A stretch of 63,803 nucleotides of DNA, the filler included, from Intoshia linei (Eukaryota; Animalia; Orthonectida), in NCBI GenBank assembly GCA_001642005.1. It is 7 parts of 7 records of this genome, joined end to end, with 100 filler letters (N's around TTAATTAATTAA, not from the genome) between each part and the next. Parts side by side here need not be neighbours in the genome. Positions count along the whole stretch, not along the records: positions 17,641 to 31,906 come from LWCA01000968.1; positions 32,007 to 43,583 come from LWCA01001162.1; 5 more parts are not named here. The stretch is one strand, 5' to 3'. Positions within the stretch are counted from its first letter, which is position 1. Every line of letters begins with the position of its first letter. Under the pieces are notes generated by a model. It worked only from the letters and a program-made list of their open reading frames with translations. It was not told the DNA's origin and did no database searches. Below are positions 25,213 to 38,712 of this stretch, in pieces. A program made the position numbers and the translations under genes.

Positions 25213-28200
25213 TTAATATTTAACAAATTGGTTCAAATAATGCACAGCATTGACATCATCGTCATGAAACAATTCAATAACATTATCATAATACAACATG
25301 CTTTTAAATTCTTTTTCTATGAGTTTATCTTGAATATATTCATTGACTGAATCTAATTTGATATTATCCATACATAGACCTAAATATATATTAAATATAA
25401 TTAATTTCAATACACAATATATTAAGAGTCTAAAATAATACAGTACATTAGTAAGATTCAATAAACTAATTCTATGAACATCTAAAAACGATTTAAAAAA
25501 TAGATCAATATAAACGCTATTCATTACTGGATCATAACATAAAATCCATTAAAGTTTGCCGTAAATACTCAAAATTAATTATTAAAATTAAATTTACATG
25601 CCAGACAGTTTATAATTATATTGTTCCTGGGATATATAAAATATAATGAGTTCATGAAATTTTTCCGGTTATAGAAGGAACAAGGTACTACGTAATATTT
25701 AAGTGAAATGTAATATGTAATGCATTTACAAATTTCCACAAGAAAAAACGTTGGGGACCTTATTGAGGTCTTATTTTTTAATTGCTAGAAATCAGTTCGA
25801 CAGTAATAAGAAAATATCCAATTAAAACAATTATATTGCAATATGCATAATTTTAAGATTTTTAAATTTTAGATCAGAGCAATGTTTCTTAACCTTTTTT
25901 ACTTCAGAGTGCACCTGTTAAATAAATAACAATTTGGAGCACCTTAATTTTTGATAAGAAAAATACACATCGATATTCAAAAATGTGCAAAGATTAAAAA
26001 CGATAACTATAACATTATAATAAAAAAATACTTTTATTTGGTAAATTTTAATATAGTAAATAACATTTGATGAAATTTTGGTATTTTTGGTGTTTACCAT
26101 ATTATTACAGTACCATAATGGTCAATGTAAAAGTTTGATGCTAATTTTTAAAAATAAACTCAAATTTCTTTTGGCGCACTTGAACTATACTCATGACTCA
26201 CTAGTGCGCCGCGGCGACAGATAGACATACAAATAAAAAAAGTTTATATAAGTTAGGATTATTCATTGATATAAAGAAAAAGTACGTCAGTTTATTCCTA
26301 ATAATTAAAAAAGGAGCTCAGCAGGGTCCACAATGTTTTTTAACTATGGAAAATCATACATTACAATTAAACATTTGGATATTATAAAATGAAACATACC
26401 TAACAACACGGCCGAAAAAGCATGAACAGGTAGCATTAGTTCTTTAGGTAAATAATACAATAATGCTAATTCCACCAAATAAACATCACCATTGTCGATA
26501 TCTCTCACTTTAATATTCATATTCAAAACTCTGACACGATGAAAGGTTTCGTTTAATTCTAAATTAAGTATATATAATATAAATTAAAGAAGACATTATG
26601 AACGTTCCACGTTGATCCTGGGGTCAAAATAACATAACAAAATTTGATAATCTTATCTATTTTTATTAAAAAATATATATCATTTGCATCATTGTCAAGT
26701 ATTAGTGAAGAAAATAAATGTGAATTTAGACTTAATTAGTACTGAGTATTAAAATGTTTCTCAACCAGTATGTCAATATTTAAGTAGCCTTGCGAAAAAT
26801 TAAAAAATTAATGAATAAAATTAATCTTCAAACGGGATATAATAATATTTTTCATACCTTAATCCAGTGTTTCTAAATGCTGTTCCGCGGACCAAAACTG
26901 GTGCGTGAATTTTTTTTAAATGTTGTCTAGTAACTTGACTTTAATGGTGTACAATTAATTTCATAATTTATTACCGTCCACCCTGAAAAAGTGTGGAAAC
27001 ACCTGCTTTAATCAACTAGTTAAAAAAATAAATTTTCCTAAATATGGAATACGGAAACCGTACAAAACGATAAAAATACGGAACCGGCGTATTGTAGAGA
27101 AAATACTGTAGGTACGAAATTATAAAAATTACTCATCATGTAAATGTACCCAACACGAACATTCTTTGGAAGTCGACGTAATTTTCCTTGATCAAAATGG
27201 CTAATTGCTTCTTTAACCATTATATTATTTTTCAAGTACACATCTTTAACAGTAACATATATGTCGTCAATCGTAGAATCTTTCATAATAAACAATTTTT
27301 CCGGATCACTCATTTCTAGAAGAGGCAATGAATTGCACAAGTCTTCCGTGGAAGGTTCATCGAAAGAACAATCGAAATCAACGTTAGAATAAAATTTAAC
27401 ATCACAGTTTGGTTCTTTTTGCAAATCAAAATCAACATTTTCGATACCAGATGTATACTGTGCAACATCTTGAAATAATACATTTTCAGTGGTTACAAAA
27501 TTATCAATTATTCTGTTTTGATTAGATTCATCAGCGGTGAATACTTTTCGTTTAAAATTTTCAGCCAAATCCATAATATCTGAAGAATTACCCATATTAT
27601 AAGACAAATCAATGCTAGGTATATTTAAATCTATCAAATCTACACAATTTTCAGATTCACTGAAATCTATCAATTCAATTTCATCAATCTGTTCAGTTGA
27701 TTTGCTGTGTGTTAAATTATTCAATGGGGCGTTGTCAATTTGGTCGTGGAAATTAATTGAATCAATAGTATTCGACTGATTTAGGTACATAGACTGATCA
27801 AAACTTACAGTTTTGCTAAAGTTGACATCTTCTGTAGAATCAGCTATACTATAAGTGTTTTCAATATCATTTGGAGGGCATTGAGTGAAATATCCTTCCC
27901 GGATCAATTTATCATTCAAACACATACCTTCGTGGTAGATTTTTACTTCACAAGATTTTTCATCATCGCACGCTGAAATTATTTCGAATTGAATAAGAGT
28001 ATTTATTGGCAAGGCATGATTATCCCAAGGTATGTTATTTTTGACAAGTTTAGAGTTGAGGTTACAATGAAACGACATAACGAAGCCAAACTTTGTATAA
28101 TCTGGAGCTTCTCTTATAGAATTATAGTTGACTAGAACCGAATATCCATAATCAAATAAACAAATCTCTACTCCCTTTTCTAGAATATCAGAAATGGCAG

Positions 28201-30604
28201 CCCGGTAAACTTTTTTTTCTGAATTTATAATAAATTCAGCCAACACACAATACTTTATTTTTAAATTATCTCGACATACCACTGTGGCTTTATTATATGA
28301 TTTAATCAATGCCCGTTCAAAATAATTCCAATTAAATGATTTGTAAAAGCTGTACGGTGAAATAAACACATTCGTTGCATTTTGGGCATTAACGATGATA
28401 CCTGGTTGTAAATTCTTATTATATTTTATAAAAGAATACGTACTGGACAAAAGACATAAGCACATGTTTCTATTCATTGAATGTTTGCACAAATAAGTTT
28501 TGTTTGAAAAATTACTCTCAGTCTGCGGGTACGGTTGTTCGCGTTCATTTGCCAATTGATACGGAATATTTCCATTTCTTGGCTCATTATCAGAAGTACA
28601 ATTAGATACATTTTTATATGCATTCCCATTTGTATTTAGGTAGTTATTTTTGGATTTTGATTTTTTAAAAATATAACACTTTTTTGGTTCATTATACCCC
28701 ACATATGATCCAACAATTTCTTCCATGTTACTTGGATAAATATCCTCGCTTAACCAACAAGGAAATGTAGCCACAATATCAAATCTGTAATTTGGTTTTG
28801 ATTTGTACAAGTATTCAATATCGACAATCCCGTGTTTCGCAGAATCAATAAAATGAACAGTTATTTTAGAAACATTAATCTTTTCAATCAAAACTCTAAA
28901 GACATGATCGTTTCTCATATAAATAGCTTCCTGGCTAATTTGAATATTATTTAAATATAATCTATTCAAATCACGCATATCTTGTTTAATTTCATTCACG
29001 ATATTCCCAACTAGTGCATATTCCTTTATATCCTTAAAAAAACAATAAACCACTCGGCTTTCTTCAATATGTTGAGGTTTCAAATGCATAATTGAACCCT
29101 TTTCCAAATTCAAAAAATCATCTTTAACATCAGATTTAATAGCAGTATCTTTGAAAACCTTTTCACACTCTTTTAAAACTTGGACCTTCCAAATACCCTT
29201 AATATTGTCCGTGATTTTTACTTCAAATTTCTGACATTTAGAATTTTTAATAAGACTATTGGAATCCACATAAAATGCATGTATGAGTGGAGGTAATACA
29301 ATAAATTTATCAATCATAGGAAACAAATCATTCAATTTACAACTGAAGGTTTTACATCTATCTACACAGGATACATTGAAAAAATTACCAATAGTTTTAC
29401 CCAAAACTACAACTCTTTCACAAATATCGGACGAGCTGGAGAAACTTTTATATATTACAATATGATTGAATAGGTTTTCAGGGTTATGAAAATGCTTAAA
29501 TTTGTTCTTCATTAAATGGTTCGTCATGTCTGTAGATAAAGTTTTTTTTAATTCAAGTTCGTTCAATAGAGAACAATAAATTTTATCCATAATTGCATTA
29601 AAAGTTTCTTTGTTTCTAATGTGTACGTTGAAAGTCTCACCAATATTGTGGTAATTCTTACCTAAATCAGATAATTGATATGTTTTTTTTAAATTTTGAA
29701 TTCGGGTTTCAGGTTGTTTGACATATACGTCTACGGCTGGTTCTTGGAATGGTACAAAAGTGTTCAATCCTGCTCCTTTAAGTCCACAAGACTTACGATT
29801 CTCTAAAGAATTATAATATATAACCAATTATACGCATTGATTATAATGGTTATGTATGCACCTTGGACCAAGGTCCTTGGTATAGAAGTATTCACGGCGA
29901 ATTGATCTAAAACAATTAAACTAATAGCAATTTATCTAAAATGTATTTTTTCATATTATTTTGATTTCTCTAGTACAGAGGTGGGAAAGCATTTACTATT
30001 CGAAGACCGCACAAACGCCCCAAAAAAATCTAATAGTGCCGTACCTTTCTAAATAAAATTTAACCAAATACAGTAGTGCTTTACATGGGGTAAATGATAA
30101 ATTTTTAATACATTTTATTGAATTGAGTAAAATCTTAAGAGAAAAAACCAAAATTTTACCAACTCTTTTAACTTTTTACCAATATTTTTTTGAAAAATCC
30201 ATTTTACTAGTTTTAGATCAAAAATCCCCCTATCTGATACCCAAAAACAAAAACATAATTTTACGAACCCTTAAAAAACCGCTTTTACCAATATTTTCCT
30301 GAATACTCCCATTTTACCAAAAATTAATATTTTAAAAATAATGTAATAAATAAAATAATTTTAAATGAGAAATAATTCAAATTGTTCAAAGAGCAGCACT
30401 TTATTCACCTCTGCTCTAGTATGTTTATTTATAATTGTTTTTCAAGTGGTAATAATTACATTAAATTATTTTAAATGAGTAATGATATTTTTAAATGTTT
30501 ATTTTCGTAATATATAAGCAGCTATTCACAATTCATGAATTCTAACAGCCATATCGATTTCGTTGGTATTTTTACTGCTACCTGATAAATTCCGAGTCAA
30601 CCAT
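25213..30604 (-). CDS. Multi-Tudor-domain (TDRD-like) protein
   Basis: The large exon in ORF 27038-29827 has Tudor-like segments (FRVLIEKINVSKITVHFIDS; VYRAAISDILEKGVEICLFDYGYS). Further exons at 26399-26558 (FHRVRVL..VRDIDNG) and 25213-25378. The start exons (30604-30582, ~29834-29906) are tentative. Confidence 0.75.
26865..27005. mobile_element. hAT MITE (~140 bp) in a Tudor gene intron
   Basis: CAGTGTTTCT...GGAAACACCTG; TSD CCTTAATC/CTTTAATC. Confidence 0.8.
29976..30413. mobile_element. hAT MITE (438 bp) carrying satellite-like units
   Basis: CAGAGGTGGGAAAG...TTTATTCACCTCTG with a perfect TSD CTCTAGTA. A related left end lies at ~56051. Confidence 0.9.
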
Positions 30605-30819
30605 ACCGAACTGTTTCGTCAAATTAAAATTTTGGAACCATTATACAATCCATTACACGTATCTTATATTATTATATATCTTATTATCAAGTTAACTATG
30701 AAAAAGCCATACACAATTATATAATAACTGTTTTTCCTTGTTTAAACTAATGTGATAACTTCATTTGAATCTATATATTAATCATTTCCAACTGAGTCAC
30801 AGTCAATATTTTATTAATT

Positions 30820-30994
30820 TAAAGATTGATTACCTGGATTTGAAGACCGGCAGAAGATTCAGGAAAAAGTCTCCTTTTCAATATGGATATATAGAATGTC
30901 TTCGATGAAGTTTTAACTGATTATCCATACTGAACTACGCCAATACTAGAAGTCAAGATTATCTCCGTGGAATAGCACACAATTTATTATACTG
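30820..30994 (+). pseudogene. Possible Mutator-like (MULE) transposase C-terminal remnant
   Basis: Frameshifted pieces NVFDEVLTDYP and DYLRGIAHNLLY* resemble the recalled MULE C-terminal YL..IAHN motif. Confidence 0.35.
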
Positions 30995-31116
30995 ATTTTT
31001 AAGATTATTGAATGATGAAAATAAACATTTATAAATATAATTACTAGGGCAATTTATTTATGACCAAAAATTCAAAAATAATATAACTTTTTATGACAAA
31101 TTCATTTATTATAATA

Positions 31117-31458
31117 CAGCTGATCCCAAATGAAGATACTGGAACCCCTAGGGACCAGAGAAAATATTTTAGAGTGCCAGCTCGTCTGATACTATGACTC
31201 ATAAATTATATATATTTTTTTAAATCCCAAAAATAATTAAAAAAAATTTATTTGTAATAATATACTTAGTTCCTTATGTATTTACGTCTATTTGATAGTC
31301 TCTGTATTTTAAAGATTGTATATTAAATACATTTACACCCTTATTTCGTCAGTTCAATCATTCACGATTTTTTAGATATCCATTTTTGGTCAAGTAGAGT
31401 TTTAACAATTTTTTTTTAGCTTAGGGGTACTAATTATGAAGTATGTTGGGAACCGCTA
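31117..31458. mobile_element. hAT MITE (342 bp)
   Basis: CAGCTGATCCCAAA...TTGGGAACCGCTA with a perfect TSD TTATAATA. Confidence 0.85.
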
Positions 31459-32006
31459 TTATAATACAATAGAATATATTTATAAATATTTGCTTTTAAA
31501 AAATTTCTTTCGTTAGATAATATATTCTTCAACAACGAAAACGGATCTTTTAACACTTAATGATGAGGTTTGACTGTTCAATAGCTGCGCATAAGTTTTA
31601 GGTGATTTGATTTCACACAGTATAATTGAAAATTGTTAATTTATATTATCGTTTTAACTATATTCGTTAGGAGAATAAACATTTTTTAAATTATGACATT
31701 TATAACTTTTTAAAAATCGATATACCCCATTAAATGTGTTTATTAGAGTTCCCTCTTACATTTCTAACATTTTTTTATTATTAAAAAAAATAATTATTTT
31801 TATGACATTGTTCGCCCTAATAATTACCCACTTGACATAATATTAGGTCATTCAAAGTAATGTCGTTTTTATAACTATAATTAAAACTTCTATAATAACA
31901 ATTTTGNNNNNNNNNNNNNNNNNNNNNNNNNNNNNNNNNNNNNNNNNNNNTTAATTAATTAANNNNNNNNNNNNNNNNNNNNNNNNNNNNNNNNNNNNNN
32001 NNNNNN

Positions 32007-32700
32007 TTTTGTGTCTGTCTCGTGGATTTATTTTTATTTGCCAATAACCTTTTGATAGGTTTAAAACTGTAAAAATGCATTTTCCTTGTAATGCGTCAAT
32101 CATGGTTTGTTTATTGGCGGCTGGGTATGTGTCTTGTATTGTTATTTTATTTAGTTCAGTAAAGTCGCTTAAGAATCTATATTCATTTTTATTGGGTTTT
32201 TTTTTTAAAAATCTTGGAGATCTCATTTCACTGTTAGAAGGTTCTATGATATCATTTTCAAGCATTTATATTACCAATTTATGTTCTTCGTTAATCAGAT
32301 TAATTGGAGTTGGAAATACTGAACATTTAAAGGGTTTATAGTCTTTGATTAGATCAATGTTATGTTGATTTATCTTGCATTTCCCTGGTTTATCTGAGAA
32401 TATGTCGTTAAATTCGGATATAATATCAGAGTAATATATATCATGATTTATTTTATTACATGATATTTGTAATATGTTGGAATTGCTTAACTGTGTTAGT
32501 TTTAACTTCATTGCTAAATCGCATCCAATGATGTTTGCCTCATTAGTGATAAAGAAAGACTGTTTCGGCTTTTTGGATGATATTGATTTTGTAGACCTTA
32601 TTTCCTGCATTAAACACCACACAATGGATACTTTTTCTGGATTATTTACCATAAAAAATGTTTTTAATTTTTTGTATGATAATTTGCTTCAGAATGGGTA
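32007..32700 (-). mobile_element. Ty3/Gypsy pol remnant (protease-RT N-terminus), cut by a gap
   Basis: EFNDIFSDKPGKC...HNIDL, a stop, then MLENDIIEPSNS..SP..KKKPNKNEYRFLSDFTELNKITIQDTYP...LNLSKGYWQI. Confidence 0.9.
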
Positions 32701-33160
32701 ACAGGAGAGAGTTCTGGATCATCAAATTAAGAAACGAGTGAGTTTTCTTTATATGGATATTTTTTTCATTGATTATTGGTTTATTATTTATCTTTTTTTT
32801 TTAAATTTTCGTTCTTATTGTAAAAATTAAAAATCTACAAAATGCACGTTTTGTATATTAATTGTATAATATCAATTAGAACTTCACTTTAATATGAAAA
32901 AATCATGTTCATTGTTCACATAACAGAATGTTCATAATAACATTCATAATAAACTCTTATTTTTTGTTGTTCATTCTTGGATCCACGATACGAACACTTA
33001 CTACGAATCGCGCGATGGTGAAGTTGTAGAAATGTACTATTTATTATTGTGAGACCAACGTTTTAATGGAAAAACCATACGTAGTGTTAACAAACCGTTT
33101 AGTCTAAAGCTTAGACGTGAAAACGTATCATTGAAAAATCATAAATTAAAATATAAAAAA

Positions 33161-36100
33161 TTAATCTTTATTTACGTAAACAATTCTATTTTCTAAAGGT
33201 TGAACCTCTCTGTGATTTTCTATGATTCGTTCGTCTAGTATGGATGAAACGTTTCGGAATCCTTCAATCTAAATAAATATTGTATTTAGAAAATGCACCC
33301 AGAACTTTAAAAAACACAAATTCTAAGCAAGTTTTTTCCATGGCAGAAAATAATTTAAATTTCACCATCATCTTCACCATCAGAAATTTGTATCTTCACG
33401 GTCAAAATCCAAAATATATTTTTTTAAAATTAAAAAAAAAAACAAAATCAATTAATTTTAAAAAAAACATAATTCACATACGATTTATTTAAAGCCTCAT
33501 AACAAACCAGAAAATGGTTTTTTTTGCATTTTTGTTAGTAAAATTATAAAATGTATGTTAATTTAATTAATTTTAAAAATTTAATCAACTGCGTTGAATA
33601 ATACAATATGTGGGTAAATAAAAGTTTTTAACAATGTACTCTGAAGTTGAAAACAATTATAATAAATTTCTGTATAATGCATTCATAAACTTAATCACCA
33701 AGGTTCAGTGCAGTGTTTCCTAACCGTAGGACTAGGAACCACTGGTGGGACCTGGGAAATTTCACAAATTTATTGGAATTATGAAAACTTTAGATTCATG
33801 TAATATTAATTTTGTACAATAATAGTTTGACTGTTATGTTCTTCGCACAAAGAGGAGCTAGCTCAGCCGAAGATCCACTTTTTAATTTTAAAATCTATTT
33901 TTTTATTGATTTTAAGTTTTTGAAATGGTAATTTATGATAATGCTCATAATTTAAAAAAATATGCAGCATTTAAGTTTTATAAAATGCAACTTAAAATAA
34001 AAAATTGGTAATTTGGTGCTTTGCCATGAAGATGTAAATTTCTAAGGTTTAGATTTACGACAATAGTAATTTTATTAAAACGCTTCCCAGAATTTATGTT
34101 CTTTATAATTCTAGTACTGATTTATTTATTAAAAAAAAAAGGTAATTTGGGTTTTTAATCCTGAAGGACTCAATTTCTGAAAATATAACTTTTGAAAAAT
34201 TGTATTAGAAATAGTTGTTTTTTTAATTAAACGGTAGCAAACAGACATTACAGCTTATAAAGTAAAGAATTATCATGTGCCATTCGACAACAAGTAGACT
34301 TGCTGTTTTATATTTTTTAGAAAATTGCAGTTTTTTGTAAAAAATTAAAAACTTAAAAGTCACTGCATTAATAATAATTCTTTTTTGAAATGAGCCTAGG
34401 ATTTTTTAAGAGTGAAACTGGGGTCTAGTATAAAAAAAATGGGAATCACTGGTTTAGTGGAATCTTTGATTCATTTTAAATGTTAAATTATATGATTTTC
34501 AATGACATCAACATTATAACGTTCAATTAATTAACCTGTTTTGGAGATAAACTAATTTCATCGGTGAGTAGTATCCATTTGACATTTTCCGTATATGGTG
34601 AAGTAGTAAGTGATCCCTCATAGGTCCAATAATTTTCATGGCATTCTGTAATATAGAATTGTACAATTACAGAAAAAAATTAAAAATTATAATATAAATA
34701 AATTTATAATTGTGTCAATATAAATTAATAAATGCAAGCCCTATGCCACAATCACCAATGTATACATAATGTAACAATCAGCATTATACGGGAAAAAACT
34801 AAAATTCTAATGTCATTAACACTAATACAAACTCATGTATTTAAATTCTACCACCATTATTTATAAGGACATCCGATAGAGTCTCAATCAACTCTTATCG
34901 TCTCTATCAACATTACCGTGCGCTATTATTTTTTTAATCAAAATTGGCGTAGTTATGATGTATTCCTATTGAGAATATATCTTAAAATTACTATAATTTA
35001 TTTTTTTGATGTCATAATTTCTTAATATAGTCTTGATTTCATAATAATGTAATCTTAAAGACATATTACATGGTGGTTTCCAACCATAAAAGCTCGTCCC
35101 AAAAAATAGAAACTCCGATATCTAAAACAACTCATACATCACAGAATTGACATTTAAGTATAAATCAAATGGAATTGAATAATAAAAGTAAATAAAATAC
35201 TCGGCAATAAATGATTTATATCAATATCAACAGTCCTTTTATCTTTCAATTTCATATCCAAATGAGGAATCAATTTATTAAATTCTGCATTTTCATTACC
35301 AGACTAAATCAATATATAAATGAAATACATGCAAATCTACTTTTATAAATACTCCTAAAACGGTTACTCCCTTAATTTGACCCAGTGCGTCGGCAAATTT
35401 TTCGTATTTTTTGTTGTAAAAAACGTAATGCATCTAAAATATAAATGCAAATAAGCTATAATGCATAATCCAGTGATGATTTATGAAACACGAATATATT
35501 TAATTTTTAATATGGGAAGAAAAATTATCTAATAGCCTCATTTTCACCATGAAGGATTTTTGACATTATGTTAAAATTGCAAATTTGTAAATAAAATACA
35601 ACTGTCGATTATCATGCCATTAATCACATTAGGATGTCACACGTATCAAAGTATCAAGGACGATTAGTGCGCACATATATTCTTGTGTGTATTTTCTTCA
35701 TGTCCTTACTTATATAATTATCTGTGTGTGTGCTATCGTTTATTTCAATAACTACCAGTCTCAGAATTATATAAAGTCCATATTTCAATTACAGTTTTTT
35801 CCGGGGGTATTAGCAAAATAAATTTCAACCTCCAAAACTCACATCTTAAGGTCAAAAAGCCCAATTGTCCTTTTTTTGAAAATCAAAAGAGTTCGAGAAT
35901 TTAATAAAATATATACTCTGATACGGATTTTAAAATCATAAATATTATCATAAATATAAATTTAAACAAAATATATCTTAAGGGCCAAAATCTCAAATGA
36001 CCCTTTTTTTTAATGAAAACAGACCTAGAATTTAAAAAAATTTACAGGTGGTACAGTTGTATCCTGTTAACACACACAGTACAGTTGTATCCTGTTAACA

Positions 36101-37452
36101 CACATAAAAAATTTCAATCCGAATAAGTGACGCCTTCATGGTCAAAAAAGCATTTTAGTATTCATATATTTTTTTTTCCGAATTATTTTATTAAAACAAA
36201 AAATGTGAAATAAAGAACGGTCCGAAAATTAAAAAAAAAAATTATTATGATAGAGCTTATTCCAGTTGATATAAATATAAAATTTGAACCCCAGAAATCT
36301 ACGCATTCTAGGTGAAAAATAATTTTTAATATATTTTTCGAATATTTCGATTAAAATAAAAATTAACATCTACACATTTCCAATAAAGAAATATGGGTGA
36401 AAATCTATATAATTCATTCCTTCGTATTTTTTTCATTGCTACGCAATTTTTCATTTTCAAAAAGTTTAAAATAATTTTGTAAAACTAAAACAACAAAGTA
36501 CTACAAAGAACAACTTAATTATAATCATTGTTATATTTATTCAATCGTCAAATTTTGTACATGGTTTAACAGTAGTAGTAAGAGTGACCTGACAAATGTT
36601 TTTGAAAATTGTTTTTTAGTGTTGCACAGTGTTATTATAAAAATTATTTTCATATATAAATAAAATTTAAACGTCGATAAAAACCACAAAAATAGAGATA
36701 GAATCAAATTTCATCCTTCATTAAATTTTAATAATTTTCAAAAAATGTGACACACTCACATACTTAATAACATACAATTAATTCATAAACATTATTATAC
36801 ATGTATTGTAAAAAAAACTTGGAGTTACCTCTGCAGAATATGATTTACTATCTACCAAATGTTCTGATCCAACGTCATCACAACGACCCCAATGAAAATG
36901 AAATTGATCTAGCTTGTACACGTCGGACAAGGGACCACCTGATAATTCTAAATATAATTAAAATTATACAGTATTGTATGAAAATTCCATCATAGCAATT
37001 CATTAAAACTGAATATATTTGTAAAAATAAATCTTACATACATATGTAGTATCCTCTTAAAAATTCTTCCAACCCTTTGTATCGTCATAAAATTTGTAGA
37101 AAAGTTTCTTTTAAAAACGGGGCCAAGTTATGATAAATTTTCTAATAAAAAGTATTTGTATGTAACTATCTATTTCGCCAAATTCTCTACTCTGCCAAAA
37201 TTATGTAAAGTCTAATATTGACCGTTGGGGTAGGGAAACTGTATTTAATTATGTTAAGATGTAATATTGACTAAATTTACCTAAACTTTCCTCGTTTGTT
37301 ACATCGGCACGAATATTTCCATTGTTTATTAAATTAAATGATACACTTGGTGGATTATTTTCAAAAATTTTTATTTTTCTTTTATGGGTAGGTATTTTTT
37401 TCACATTGTCAGTGATGATATTAATAGGAGATTGTCTTGAGCCAAATTTCAT
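33161..37452 (-). CDS. CA: Alpha-carbonic anhydrase, 6 coding exons seen
   Basis: GSRQSPINI; [28 protein letters not shown]|MHYV (three Zn-binding His); [19 protein letters not shown]; final exon FRNV...[14 protein letters not shown]...* at 33161-33268. Confidence 0.93.
33711..34451. mobile_element. hAT MITE (741 bp) in a CA intron
   Basis: CAGTGTTTCCTAA...GGGAATCACTG; TSD GTTCAGTG/GTTTAGTG. Confidence 0.8.
35630..36756. mobile_element. hATm-like non-autonomous element with a nested Helitron-like family A copy (35703-~36470)
   Basis: Left end TAGGATGTCACAC and right end TGTGACAC. 36662-36710 matches 16171-16220, and the interior matches family A starting TCCTTACTTATA. Confidence 0.65.
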
Positions 37453-38184
37453 ATTTTCTGTTTAAATTTATAAATTAATAAATAAATAAATCTATGTATA
37501 TATAGTGTTGCTACAATTCAAGTTTAAATCAAGGTTAAATAAAAAATTGGTTATATTCAATTTTATAGTAAATTATTTAGAATCAATATTGAAAAATTTT
37601 TCAATGAGGAATTATTTTTAATATTAAAATTACACCAAACAATAAAAGTAGGCCAATTTAATTTGATGGTATTAATACGATATTTTGACAAAGTAGCATA
37701 AAACTGTTATTGCACGAGAGCAGGTGTTATCATTTGGTAAGACCTCAATTTGATTATATGTAATTAATAATTTTAAGTGTTAATAAAAATGTGTTAACTT
37801 AACTTAACTTAATGGATATTGACAGTACTAATATGTATTGTATAATGTAGAATTTCAAATATATTTTATAATTCAATTGCAACAAACAGTAAAATGCTTC
37901 ACTCATTCAAACCTCATACATATATCATTGAAAATTATTTACAAACGTTTATTATCGTATTAAACTACTACATCTGTATATTGTGAAATTTCCTGCTTAC
38001 TAGAAAATATTTGGAACAATTTGAAATTTCTTATCATTAAATTTTATTTTATTTACTGTTGAATGCAAAATATATTTATTGATTAATTTGTTAGCATTGT
38101 TATTCAATAAATATCTATTTAAATAAAATTTTTCAATTATGAAATAATACTATATATATCAAGTTTAAGATACATACGATAGAT

Positions 38185-38712
38185 CAGTGGTTCTCAACCC
38201 GTGTTCCGCGAAATTTAATTGGGGTTTCGTGATTTATAAATGCGTATTTTTCAATTTTAAAGTTTTTCTAAATTACTGTTGTATGCAATGAAACAACATC
38301 ATTTCTCAAATTTAAATCAAATAAGTTTTAATAAAAGTATTATACGGTGTGAGTATGGAAACCTGAAAAATGATGTTAAAAAATAATAATTCAAATTATC
38401 TTTATGAGAAATATTGTAAAAAAGGTGGGTTTTTACTGGCCCAATTCTCTTGAAATAATTTAAATAAGTTACTTACCTTTTTATAATGATATTTAACTAA
38501 TAATTTATCTCTCACGGACCTGGATGCTTCTTCGTTGTGTAAGGGAGGCAACTGGTTTTACCGGCTAAATTCTGTGTGTTATTAATTTTTTAATTATAAA
38601 TTTTTTTATATATGCGACATGCGAAAAAAAATTTTTGATTATGCTTGTAGGTGCGGCGATTTTTTGAAATTTTATAAGGGTTCCGCGCAGTAAAAAAGGT
38701 TGAAAAACACTG
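38185..38712. mobile_element. hAT (Buster/SPIN-like) MITE (528 bp)
   Basis: CAGTGGTTCTCAACC...GGTTGAAAAACACTG; TSD CGATAGAT/CGATAAAT with central TA. Confidence 0.88.
38468..38576 (+). ncRNA. Candidate HDV-like ribozyme, degenerate copy inside a MITE
   Basis: L3-like TCTTCGT, GG-CAA, P4 CTGGT-TTT-ACCGG, J4/2 CTAA, and P2' ATTC pairing with GGAT. Homologous to 56374-56482. Confidence 0.35.

Noticed and set aside
34840-35125. Slightly GC-richer stretch in a CA intron, possible nested gene
   Set aside because: Frames close quickly and no motif was recognised.
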